NCBI GenBank assembly: GCA_964524845.1
Contig: CAZGFX010000001.1
Coordinates: 1 to 62,383, forward strand
From: an uncultured Gammaproteobacteria bacterium
GTDB lineage: Bacteria; Patescibacteriota; Patescibacteriia; CAZGFX01
Length of the DNA: 62,383 nt
Direction: 5' to 3'
Shown in pieces: positions 1-8,345 of the stretch (position 1 is the first letter of the stretch; every line of letters begins with the position of its first letter). Below the pieces are notes generated by a model. That model ran no database searches and was not told the DNA's origin. It worked only from the letters and a program-made list of their open reading frames with translations. A program made the translations under genes and the position numbers.

Positions 1-212
1 TACGGTCTATGGTAACGGGAGAATTATATGCTTTTGGTAAGAATGTGTCAATATTGGAAAATGGTTGGAAATAGTAGTCTGGATTTGGTAAAAATTCCAG
101 AAGCCTAAAACATATTATTCCAAATAAAAAGGCAGAAAAGGAAGGGGTTTAAAAAGGATTTTTGCAGTTTATTTGGGTTTCATTCTCAAAACTTTTCGGC
201 GGGACGGCGGGA

Positions 213-1967
213 CTACTTTTCAATTTCTAAAATCAATAATTCGATTAACTCCAAAAAATGTTTTTTGTATAATTTCTTCCGTTCAGAATCCCCGCAAATC
301 TTTTTTATTTCTTCGCTTTCAATCTCCGCTTTTATTTTTTCTAACTTTTCTTTTCTAACTTTTTTCTCTATTGATTTTATTTGTTCTTCTGTGTAGCTTC
401 CCCAATTTTTAGATTCATCTTCGCTTAAATTATCTTTATAAATCCTGAGTATCGGCCAAAAATGAAAGAATTTAAGGATAATTTGAATAGTTTCCTCTTT
501 TTGTGAAATTTCTTTTATATTCATCATTTCAACAAGTTTTTTATCTCGATCTTCTTCGCTTTCATCAACAGATTCAGACCATAACACACTTACATCTAAA
601 ATGTAAAAATTAGGTTCTTTTTCTAGGGCATATTTTATTTCACTTTGGAAAAACAACATCAGGAAAGCTCTAAATAACGACGAATGCACATTTGGAAAGA
701 TTCCATTTATCACCTCTGTCAAATCCTTGTCAAAGTTTTCCTCGTTTTCTTTTTTGAAAATACGATCTCTCGACCATTGTAAAAATTCAGGCAAGATAAC
801 ACGAGCTATCATGTTATCTTTATTAGCAATTGTTATCTTCCACTCTGTAGGAAAATCGTGTTCCCAAATTCCATAACTTGACAACGCGCTATTTATTTCA
901 TTAAAAAAAGTAGGGCAAAAGTTAGTAAAAAGCCCAGTAATGTAATCCAAATAATTTTCTTTCTCTTTTTCATCTGTAATTTTTCCTAATTTCTTTTCGC
1001 TTTCCTCAATATGTTTCTTAAATGAATAAAAAAGCTGATATGGTCTATGTCTGTCCTTTAGCAGTATTTTAATTATTGCTTGAAAAAATTCTCCGCCAAA
1101 ATAGTGCCAATTCCAAAAACGCTCACTCTTTGAATTCAGTTTTTTATAAATCTTCAAAGTCCAACCTCCGAAAGTCGTAAAATGTTTTTGAGAAAAGAAA
1201 TTTTGAATTCTTTTCTCCGTATCATATGTTTTTAGCCAAAGTTGTTGTTTATTCCAAAGAATCTCGTTCCACTCAAAAATCTTTGGCAGAATTTCATAAC
1301 CGATTAAAAAACTATCTCGCTTTTCAATGTTGTTTACGTAAACTTGTGCAAGTTGAACGGTAAGATCAAGTTTCCCGAATTTTATGGAGTCGTCAACGTG
1401 AGATATAAAAATACTTATAAAATCTCTTTCATTTATTTCTGATTTTTCTGACCAAAAAGAATTCCACGATCGGAATATTTTTTCTGCCCTGTTTTTGTTT
1501 TTAAAATTGAAAAACTTCGAAAAACTTAGTTTTTTCAAAAAAGGTATTTCAAATTCTGACTTATATCCTTCTGAAAATCTCAAAATTTTCTTAAAAGGTT
1601 TCCAAAAAAGGTAAATTAAAATTATTGCGACAATTATAGACACAATTTTTGCTGACGACGAAGTATCAACACCAGAAAAAAATGCAAAAAATACTATACC
1701 AACAACAGAAAGACAAAAGACCTTTTTCGTTCCTAGCACTTCATCATTTAAAACCATTTTTTCAAATTCGCTTCTTTTCTCCTTTTTGGAATTCAAAATA
1801 TCTGTAAGAAAAACAATTGCAAAAGGAATAAAAATTGCCAAAACACCCAAAATAATATTTTGGAAAAACGAGGGATCAAGTCTTTGTAAAAAAGGATTTA
1901 AAAAATCTTCAAAACATTGCAAAAAGCATGTCAGTGATATCCATAATTTTTGAATTAACTCGGTCAT
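213..1967 (-). CDS. Hypothetical 584-aa membrane-anchored protein; last gene of the R-M-linked operon
   Basis: Long uninterrupted ORF that starts 13 nt after the res stop on the same strand. Hydrophobic segments are ILGVLAIFIPFAIVFL, VFCLSVVGIVFFAFF and IVSIIVAIILIYLFW. The following ~440-aa K/E/W/F-rich soluble part has no motif I recognise. Confidence 0.6.
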   Translation of the reverse strand: MTELIQKLWISLTCFLQCFEDFLNPFLQRLDPSFFQNIILGVLAIFIPFAIVFLTDILNSKKEKRSEFEKMVLNDEVLGTKKVFCLSVVGIVFFAFFSGVDTSSSAKIVSIIVAIILIYLFWKPFKKILRFSEGYKSEFEIPFLKKLSFSKFFNFKNKNRAEKIFRSWNSFWSEKSEINERDFISIFISHVDDSIKFGKLDLTVQLAQVYVNNIEKRDSFLIGYEILPKIFEWNEILWNKQQLWLKTYDTEKRIQNFFSQKHFTTFGGWTLKIYKKLNSKSERFWNWHYFGGEFFQAIIKILLKDRHRPYQLFYSFKKHIEESEKKLGKITDEKEKENYLDYITGLFTNFCPTFFNEINSALSSYGIWEHDFPTEWKITIANKDNMIARVILPEFLQWSRDRIFKKENEENFDKDLTEVINGIFPNVHSSLFRAFLMLFFQSEIKYALEKEPNFYILDVSVLWSESVDESEEDRDKKLVEMMNIKEISQKEETIQIILKFFHFWPILRIYKDNLSEDESKNWGSYTEEQIKSIEKKVRKEKLEKIKAEIESEEIKKICGDSERKKLYKKHFLELIELLILEIEK

Positions 1968-1980
1968 ATTTAATCTTCGT

Positions 1981-4668
1981 TTAAAACACCATTGTTTTTC
2001 TAAACGCCTCCGCCAATTGTTTAAAACTAGTCGGCTTATATTTATCCCATTCTTCCTGCTTCACATAAAGCATTTTGTATACAATCTTTTTCTGTCTCTC
2101 GCTTGCGTCCTTGCACCACTGTTCCAGTCTCTTTATCTTTTCAATATCATCTAAATCTTCTCGTCCCTTTGTTTCCACAATATAAATCGTTTTGTTATCC
2201 GTTTTTATGAAAAAGTCGGGATAATAACTGGAAATTGCGCCACTAGCATTTTTGTAATCAATTTTGAAATGAATTTCATAATAATTTTTTGCGAAGGAAA
2301 TCACATCATCAGCATCTTCCAAAAAGTCGGCAAATTCTAACTCAAAATCACTATCGCCAACAATTTTATTGAATACACTCTTTTTGGGTAGCAAATATTT
2401 TTTATCAGTAACAACAAACGGTTTCGCACTGCTTATTTTGAGATAATTTTTTATTTCCGTGTCTCCAACATCTTGCACAGTCAAGTTATTTATTTCTTTT
2501 TTGAATGTTTCCACGATAGTTTTAACTGCTTCCAACTCGGATAAATTTCTCAAAATATTTGCGTCATTTAGATTAACTTTTTCATTAAATAAATCGTCGC
2601 CGATAAATTCTTTTACTTTGCCGAAAAGTATATCGTAGCACCCAAAAAGACGCAGTTCTTTCATTATTCTTTGCACAAAAAACCCGACGACGCTTTGGTA
2701 GTTTGGTTCAATAGTGCTATTTAAAATTGTTGTGTGATGAAGTTTGTCGTCAATCACTTCCTTAAAAACAATTTCTTTCTTTTCTTCTTCCGAAAATTGT
2801 TTTATTGATATTTTTTCGTGCTTAAATCCGGCAACATTCAATAAATTAAGATTTTTATATTCTCTCTGTATTCTCGGCGTTAAAACCGGCAATTCAATAT
2901 CTAAATTTTCAATGTCTTTTTTTACATTCTGATTATCAACTTCAATAACTGTCGGTGTAATTGGCGAGCCTGAACGATCCATTTTTCGTTTTTCCAACTC
3001 AACGCCTTCGGCTTTGATAGATTCCACAAACTCCATAAAGGCAGGCGTACCGATAACGCTCACATATTCCTCAACATCTTGGCCGAAAAACATTCGGCGA
3101 AGACCACGACCCAGTGTTTGCTCCGGTAATATCTTTGAATCTGAACCAAAAGGGCGCAAACCAACGATTGTCGTTACATTTTTAACATCCCAACCCTCTT
3201 TAAGCATTAAAACGGAAACTATCACCTTGTAGGGGCTTTCCATGCTGTCTATCTCATTGGCTTTCTTTCTCAAATCTTGCAGTTCTTTTTCTTTTTTGCC
3301 GGTAACTGTTTCCGATATTTCACCGCTCTTGTTTGTATGAATGGTTAAAACCGCGCCTTTTAATTGCGGATAGCTTTTTTCCAAAAACTCCGCCACGTCA
3401 TCGCAATTTTTCGTGTCATCAGTCATTATGAAAAGAATTGATTTTTTGCCTGTCGGCTCAAGTTCTTTATATGTTTTTTCCCATTCTTCAACTCCTAGCC
3501 GGATATAGTCTTCATATTTTTCGGAAAATATAGAACTTTGTTTTTCTTGTAGCTTCGCTCGGCTGGCTTGATCCGGCAAAACCGGATTTTTTACCACTCC
3601 CTGATGTATTGCTTCAACCAAAGGATAATCAGAAACAGTTTGCACAAAAATTTCCCCACGATTATTTTTTGGCGTAGCCGTAACATCAATTTGCAAAGCT
3701 AATTTTTTGCCCTTTTGCAATAATCTATTATGTATATCTTCAATAGATTTAAACCACGCCATTTTTGGATCGTGGATATGGTGGGCTTCGTCGTTGATAA
3801 CCATTAATTCATCAACATCGCGGACTATTTCGCCCAAATCAATTTTTGAATCATTGGTTTTGCCGACAACTTTACTTCCCAAAAAATAATCCGATGTGTC
3901 TTCATCTTCAAAACTCGCTTCGTCGATACTGCCTTCATAAACTCTGTGAATGTTGGTAAGAAAAATATTTCCCGATTTTGAAATTGTGCCGACTTCGTCC
4001 TGTAAGTGCAGTTTGATTTGAAAATCATCTTGCCAATTTTGCCCACAATATCCGTTATCTGGTAAAATCGGATCTTCGTAAAATATTTTTAATCCTTCAA
4101 AATCAGTTTTTATCCTATCCAAAACAATAATGTTCGGGGTGATAAGCAAAAAGTTTTTAGACAGCTCTGAGTTTTCCTCGTAGAGCTTATGGAAATATGA
4201 CCAAGCCAAGAGCAGGCTCATAACTTTTGTTTTTCCGCTTCCTGTCGCCATTTTTATCACAAAACGGAGCCAATCCTCGGTAAACATATTCGGACTTACC
4301 CGCCCTAATTTATCAAACTTGATCAAATCGTATTTGTTGGCGACTTTCTCAAAATCATAAATCCAAATAATCGTTTCTACCGCCTCTCTCTGGGCGTAAT
4401 AATATTGGAAAGCAATACTTGTGCCGTCTTTGGCAAAAATTGTGTGTGGTTCTTTAAACCACCAATTCAAAAGAGCTTTTGAAGTTTCACTTGCGCCATC
4501 ATAATTATTTTTTCGCCACTCTGCTACCTTTTCCCTCAATTCCGGCACAAAAGGAGGCAAAAGCTTTTCATAACCCTCCTTGCGCAAATCCTCATCAGCC
4601 GGAAACCACCTGATTGATGGATCAAGGATTTGAAATTTATCTTTTGGAAAATTTTTATGTAGTGCCAT
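1981..4668 (-). CDS. res: Type III restriction enzyme Res subunit (SF2 helicase plus C-terminal PD-(D/E)xK nuclease)
   Basis: Helicase motifs are MATGSGKTKV (Walker A), INDEAHHI (DEAH), VTATP and QTLGRGLR. The C-terminus has YYPDFF...IYIVETKG, a nuclease-like motif. The gene is co-oriented with and downstream of a Mod-type methyltransferase. Confidence 0.85.
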   Translation of the reverse strand: MALHKNFPKDKFQILDPSIRWFPADEDLRKEGYEKLLPPFVPELREKVAEWRKNNYDGASETSKALLNWWFKEPHTIFAKDGTSIAFQYYYAQREAVETIIWIYDFEKVANKYDLIKFDKLGRVSPNMFTEDWLRFVIKMATGSGKTKVMSLLLAWSYFHKLYEENSELSKNFLLITPNIIVLDRIKTDFEGLKIFYEDPILPDNGYCGQNWQDDFQIKLHLQDEVGTISKSGNIFLTNIHRVYEGSIDEASFEDEDTSDYFLGSKVVGKTNDSKIDLGEIVRDVDELMVINDEAHHIHDPKMAWFKSIEDIHNRLLQKGKKLALQIDVTATPKNNRGEIFVQTVSDYPLVEAIHQGVVKNPVLPDQASRAKLQEKQSSIFSEKYEDYIRLGVEEWEKTYKELEPTGKKSILFIMTDDTKNCDDVAEFLEKSYPQLKGAVLTIHTNKSGEISETVTGKKEKELQDLRKKANEIDSMESPYKVIVSVLMLKEGWDVKNVTTIVGLRPFGSDSKILPEQTLGRGLRRMFFGQDVEEYVSVIGTPAFMEFVESIKAEGVELEKRKMDRSGSPITPTVIEVDNQNVKKDIENLDIELPVLTPRIQREYKNLNLLNVAGFKHEKISIKQFSEEEKKEIVFKEVIDDKLHHTTILNSTIEPNYQSVVGFFVQRIMKELRLFGCYDILFGKVKEFIGDDLFNEKVNLNDANILRNLSELEAVKTIVETFKKEINNLTVQDVGDTEIKNYLKISSAKPFVVTDKKYLLPKKSVFNKIVGDSDFELEFADFLEDADDVISFAKNYYEIHFKIDYKNASGAISSYYPDFFIKTDNKTIYIVETKGREDLDDIEKIKRLEQWCKDASERQKKIVYKMLYVKQEEWDKYKPTSFKQLAEAFRKTMVF

Positions 4669-4673
4669 AATAT

Positions 4674-5081
4674 TTATTTTTTCTTATTACATTGATCGAG
4701 AATATATTTAGACATTTTTTCAGCATCAGTACTTATTTTATTGTGCTTGTTCTGAAAATAACTGATCGAAGACGCGATTATACTCCTATAGAATGCATAA
4801 ATAGATATTAATATTGCAAAAGATATATACGCCCCTAAAACAACTTCTGACGAGACAGAAAAAATATTTTTAAAATTTGAAGTAAAAATCGGAACCCAAA
4901 CTGCAGCTAATGTTATTAGCAAAGAAAAAATTGAATCAAATGAAAAAGCTTCCGCAACGGCTTTTTTAAATTTTTCTAATTGTATTTGAAGTGATGATCT
5001 CTGTATCGATATATTTTCTGATTTTGGAAATTCATATTTAACATCACTAGATTCACTTATTGTTGGTTTTATAACTGACAT
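4674..5081 (-). CDS. Small hypothetical protein with two predicted TM helices (~135 aa)
   Basis: The ORF track gives 4674..5162. I prefer the internal Met (MSVIKP...) at 5081, which removes the 65-nt overlap with the upstream zinc-ribbon ORF. Hydrophobic stretches are IFSLLITLAAVWVPIF and VVLGAYISFAILISIYAFY. The stop lies 5 nt before the res start. Confidence 0.45.
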   Translation of the reverse strand: MSVIKPTISESSDVKYEFPKSENISIQRSSLQIQLEKFKKAVAEAFSFDSIFSLLITLAAVWVPIFTSNFKNIFSVSSEVVLGAYISFAILISIYAFYRSIIASSISYFQNKHNKISTDAEKMSKYILDQCNKKK

Positions 5082-5097
5082 ATCATTAAGTTTTATT

Positions 5098-5382
5098 CTA
5101 CTTTTTACTCTCTTCTTTATTCTCTTCCTTAGTCGGCAAAAGGCCAAAATTTCCAGCGGCAAATTCCAATAAATAACCGCAATTTTTACATATTAATGGA
5201 ATTGTCGGAATATTTATACCACCAATTGACCGGCTTTTTAAATCTTCTTGTAAATCATGTGCAAAATATCCGCCGCCAAAATCAAAATTTTTACCATGAC
5301 AAATTGGACATTCTAAATTTGGAGCTTTTTTTAGCAACTCCTCAATTATTTTTTTCTTGTTGTCTTCAAATTTTGTTTCCAT
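5098..5382 (-). CDS. Small zinc-ribbon protein (94 aa), hypothetical
   Basis: Two CxxC pairs (CPICHG ... CKNCGY). The start is 5 nt after the mod stop on the same strand. The C-terminal tail is K/E-rich. Confidence 0.55.
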   Translation of the reverse strand: METKFEDNKKKIIEELLKKAPNLECPICHGKNFDFGGGYFAHDLQEDLKSRSIGGINIPTIPLICKNCGYLLEFAAGNFGLLPTKEENKEESKK

Positions 5383-5387
5383 ATATT

Positions 5388-7532
5388 TTAAATATTAATT
5401 TCAATTAGTTTTGTCGTATCATTCCCAAAAATATCAATCACTTTAACAGCGATTTTTAGCTTACCCTTTCCGACCTCCTTGAAAGCCGAAGTTAGCTCAA
5501 GCGATCGGTCTTTTTTGGTTCTAAACGATTGCCATTCGTTTTCAAAAATATAACTTCCAGTCCATTCCTCTTTTTCTTCGCTTGTTTTTTCGTCAACTAC
5601 GCGGACAATTTCTTTCTTGCTTTCGAAATCAAAATCCACTGACCAATAATCAATCCAATCCGTCCATTTTTTTGTTAAAATTTCTCGCTCAATAATATCC
5701 GTATTTTTATCTTTAGAAATTTTTATCACTTGTCCATTTTCAATCACAATTTTACTTCCTCCGGATTGTAGTTTTTCTTCCACTTCGCCGGTATTGTCTT
5801 GGTTATAGAAAACGGAAAAGTCAGTCAGCTCAATCGCTACTTCTTTGGAATTGCCTCGTCCGCGAATAATCGGCTTAACCTCAATATAGGCGACATCGTA
5901 AAATTTAACCTGTCCTTTTTCAATCGCTTTTTTATCAAACACTTCGCGTGGAATAACCTTGAATTGAACATCTATACCAAGTTTTTTCGCGCTTTCAAAA
6001 TCAAGCCCCATTTCATAATCAAATCCCAAAACATCTGCTTTAGTAATGTTCTTTTCCTTACATTCGATGATTATTTTATCCAAAAAGTCGTTCGTTACGG
6101 GCATGTCAACTTGTCCTACAGCGACCAATCTATCCCTTTTCTTGCCGACAAAAGTATTGAAAGAATTAACCGGTTCGGCTTTGTAGGCGGATAAAATAAG
6201 TTTGATAAATTCTTTTTCTTTTTTATTAGCAATTTGTTGTTGAATGAATTGTCTTGAATTAACTTCATATTTTAATTCTTTGTCTATAGTAGTATTATTA
6301 ATATAGTATTGACGCTCATATTTACCGATGTTCAAAATTTCAAACGCCCGAAAATCCTTACCCGCTTTTTTGAGCTCTCTTTGTACACCAATCATTCTTT
6401 TGCGGGTGGTATGAATTGAAAACCTGCCCAAGTCCGAGCCAATCCATTTTCTGCCCAGTTTTTCAGCCACCGCCAAAGTCGTCCCTGAACCTGCAAAGAA
6501 GTCAGCAATGAGATCACCTTCGTTGGATGAGGCTTTGATGATACGTTCAATTAACTCTTGTGGTTTTTGAGTTGGATAGTCTAATCTTTCTCCACTTGTT
6601 GAAGCTATAAATGGTATATTCCAAACATCGTTAACTGTTATATCATATGACAAGTCATAGATTATCTTCCCAGAATTATCTCTTGCCCGCATGTTCTTTT
6701 TATCCTTCCATACGCGTTTACTTTGTTTGACTGGTGTATCGCGTAATTCCTTTTGTTCATTAAAAATATTTGTTTCTGATTTAGAATAAAATAAAATGTT
6801 ATCTTTAAATTTTGGGTAATTAGAACTACTGCGACTCATCTTATTCGGATAATACCAAATTATTTCGTTTCTAAAATTATTTTTCCCAAAAATCTCATCC
6901 ATAATCATTCTTATGAAACTATTCACTCTCCAATCACAATGTACATAAATACTCCCATCCTCCGCTAAAAGTCCGTGCATTAGTTTCAATCGTTCATAAA
7001 TCATGGCGATAAAACTATCAGCACCTTTACCCCATGTGTCGCGGTAGGCGATTTCTTCAATCACGGATGGCTTTTTGGTAAAACTTTCCACTTGTCCTGA
7101 GCCTATCGAAGGATCGCCGATTTCTATATTCATCGAAAAATCCGCACCAACATCAAACGGCGGGTCAATATAAATCAATTTCAGTCCGCCTTCGGCTTCG
7201 ATTTGTTTTCTAAGCGGGCCATTTTTAAGCGATGACAAAATCAGTTTATTGTCGCCCCAAATAAGTTTGTTTGACCAGCCCTTGATCTGTCTGCCCGAAG
7301 TATCAAACAAAGTGGTTTGTGCCGTGATTTTTTCTTCGCTTCTCGGTTCGTCAATATGTTCAATTGTTTGAAAAGGTAAAACAGTATTTTCCACTTCATC
7401 TGTTTTTCCATTCCATAAAAGCTCAACTTCTCGATCTATATCAAAAAGCAAAAAACGATATTTATCCGGCAACGGTTTGCCTGATTCTAAATATTTTATA
7501 ACATCTCTTTTTTCGTTATCTGTGAGCTTCAT
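5388..7532 (-). CDS. mod: Type III-like DNA methyltransferase Mod subunit (N6A/N4C beta-class)
   Basis: Motif IV (IYIDPPFDVG) precedes the AdoMet motif I (FFAGSGTTLAVAEKLGRKWIGSDL), which is the beta-class order. A ~330-aa C-terminal extension has no assigned function. The start overlaps the upstream stop in an ATGA. Confidence 0.85.
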   Translation of the reverse strand: MKLTDNEKRDVIKYLESGKPLPDKYRFLLFDIDREVELLWNGKTDEVENTVLPFQTIEHIDEPRSEEKITAQTTLFDTSGRQIKGWSNKLIWGDNKLILSSLKNGPLRKQIEAEGGLKLIYIDPPFDVGADFSMNIEIGDPSIGSGQVESFTKKPSVIEEIAYRDTWGKGADSFIAMIYERLKLMHGLLAEDGSIYVHCDWRVNSFIRMIMDEIFGKNNFRNEIIWYYPNKMSRSSSNYPKFKDNILFYSKSETNIFNEQKELRDTPVKQSKRVWKDKKNMRARDNSGKIIYDLSYDITVNDVWNIPFIASTSGERLDYPTQKPQELIERIIKASSNEGDLIADFFAGSGTTLAVAEKLGRKWIGSDLGRFSIHTTRKRMIGVQRELKKAGKDFRAFEILNIGKYERQYYINNTTIDKELKYEVNSRQFIQQQIANKKEKEFIKLILSAYKAEPVNSFNTFVGKKRDRLVAVGQVDMPVTNDFLDKIIIECKEKNITKADVLGFDYEMGLDFESAKKLGIDVQFKVIPREVFDKKAIEKGQVKFYDVAYIEVKPIIRGRGNSKEVAIELTDFSVFYNQDNTGEVEEKLQSGGSKIVIENGQVIKISKDKNTDIIEREILTKKWTDWIDYWSVDFDFESKKEIVRVVDEKTSEEKEEWTGSYIFENEWQSFRTKKDRSLELTSAFKEVGKGKLKIAVKVIDIFGNDTTKLIEINI

Positions 7533-7927
7533 ATATTGTAATTTTTAAAAGTGTTTACGACAACAGGACGTTTTCTATCGGGATAAATTAAAACACCTGT
7601 AATTTTACATTTAGGACAATGATAAAACTCGGGATTGCCACATGGTAACATTCTTATTGTTTTTTTCTGATCATCCCAACAACACGAACAATATGGCCCA
7701 TCTTTCTTTCCGTCTTTTGATTTCCAACAAGCGTTATTTTCATAAATCAAATCATCTTGAAATTCAAGACTGTCTTTAATTTTTTTGTTTTCTATCTCAA
7801 GACTATCTATCTTTTTCTGCATTTCTAAAATCTGCTTTTGTAAATCCGAAATAACACGATATTGCTCAATCTTTCCAACTTCTTGAAAAACTTTCCAAAT
7901 TGATTTTAATTTATCAAAAATCACCAT
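7529..7927 (-). CDS. Hypothetical coiled-coil plus Cys-rich (zinc-ribbon-like) protein, 132 aa; first gene of the operon
   Basis: The N-terminal segment is heptad-like (LQKQILEMQKKIDSLEIENKKIKDSL). The C-terminal segment is CSCCWD...LPCG...HCPKC. The stop overlaps the mod ATG by 4 nt. Confidence 0.6.
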   Translation of the reverse strand: MVIFDKLKSIWKVFQEVGKIEQYRVISDLQKQILEMQKKIDSLEIENKKIKDSLEFQDDLIYENNACWKSKDGKKDGPYCSCCWDDQKKTIRMLPCGNPEFYHCPKCKITGVLIYPDRKRPVVVNTFKNYNI

Positions 7928-7948
7928 AAAATATTCATTACACTTAAT

Positions 7949-7976
7949 ATTCTACACCTATTCTAAAAAAACTCAA
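7949..7976 (-). promoter_or_regulatory. Sigma70-like promoter candidate for the six-gene operon (TTGAGT-N16-TAGAAT)
   Basis: Minus-strand TTGAGT lies at 7971-7976 and TAGAAT at 7949-7954, with a 16-nt spacer, about 20 nt upstream of the start codon at 7927. The same motif recurs at 9235-9262 and in decayed form near 8203-8220. Confidence 0.35.
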
Positions 7977-8015
7977 CAATAAGCCATTTTTGAGGTGTGG
8001 GGTTTTATAAAAATT

Positions 8016-8144
8016 TTATCTTTTTCCACAAAATGCTTTTGTATAGCCAAAAATAGTTTCCGCATCAGCAATGTAAGTTTCTATTATTTTTCCGTCAGCA
8101 GACGGCAATTTCAGGTGGTCACATTTTGTGACCAACTCACTTCC
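8016..8144 (-). pseudogene. Decayed fragment of a second DinD/Bro-N-like gene
   Basis: A stop-bounded minus-strand frame reads GSELVTKCDHLKLPSADGKIIETYIADAETIFGYTKAFCGKR*. By eye it aligns with LLIDTEGGKQKINCANIEGIF of the intact neighbour at 8346..9191. There is no start codon and upstream frames are broken. A copy of the shared upstream motif sits at about 8203-8220. Confidence 0.35.
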
Positions 8145-8345
8145 TTCATTCTTTAGACGGTTTTTTAGTATGATCCAATATGTTTTTGCCCTCTTAATAA
8201 TCTAAAAACTCAATAATAATGGAATTGAATGAATAGTTTGTAATTTTAAACCATTTCTGTGGAGATAATACGAAACTATTAGAACCAACTTCATTTCTAA
8301 ACTGGTCGAATTCGACCCCTTTGAAATTTGGGTTGTTTAAAAAAA

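Noticed and set aside
3-74. Possible 3-prime end of a plus-strand gene at the window edge (…GELYAFGKNVSILENGWK*)
   Set aside because: Only 23 codons are visible and nothing is recognisable, so it cannot be supported as a feature.
8305-8318. Palindrome GGTCGAATTCGACC just downstream of the DinD-like gene
   Set aside because: It is a short 5-bp-stem hairpin with no T-run. It may be a weak terminator or chance, and the evidence is insufficient to call it.
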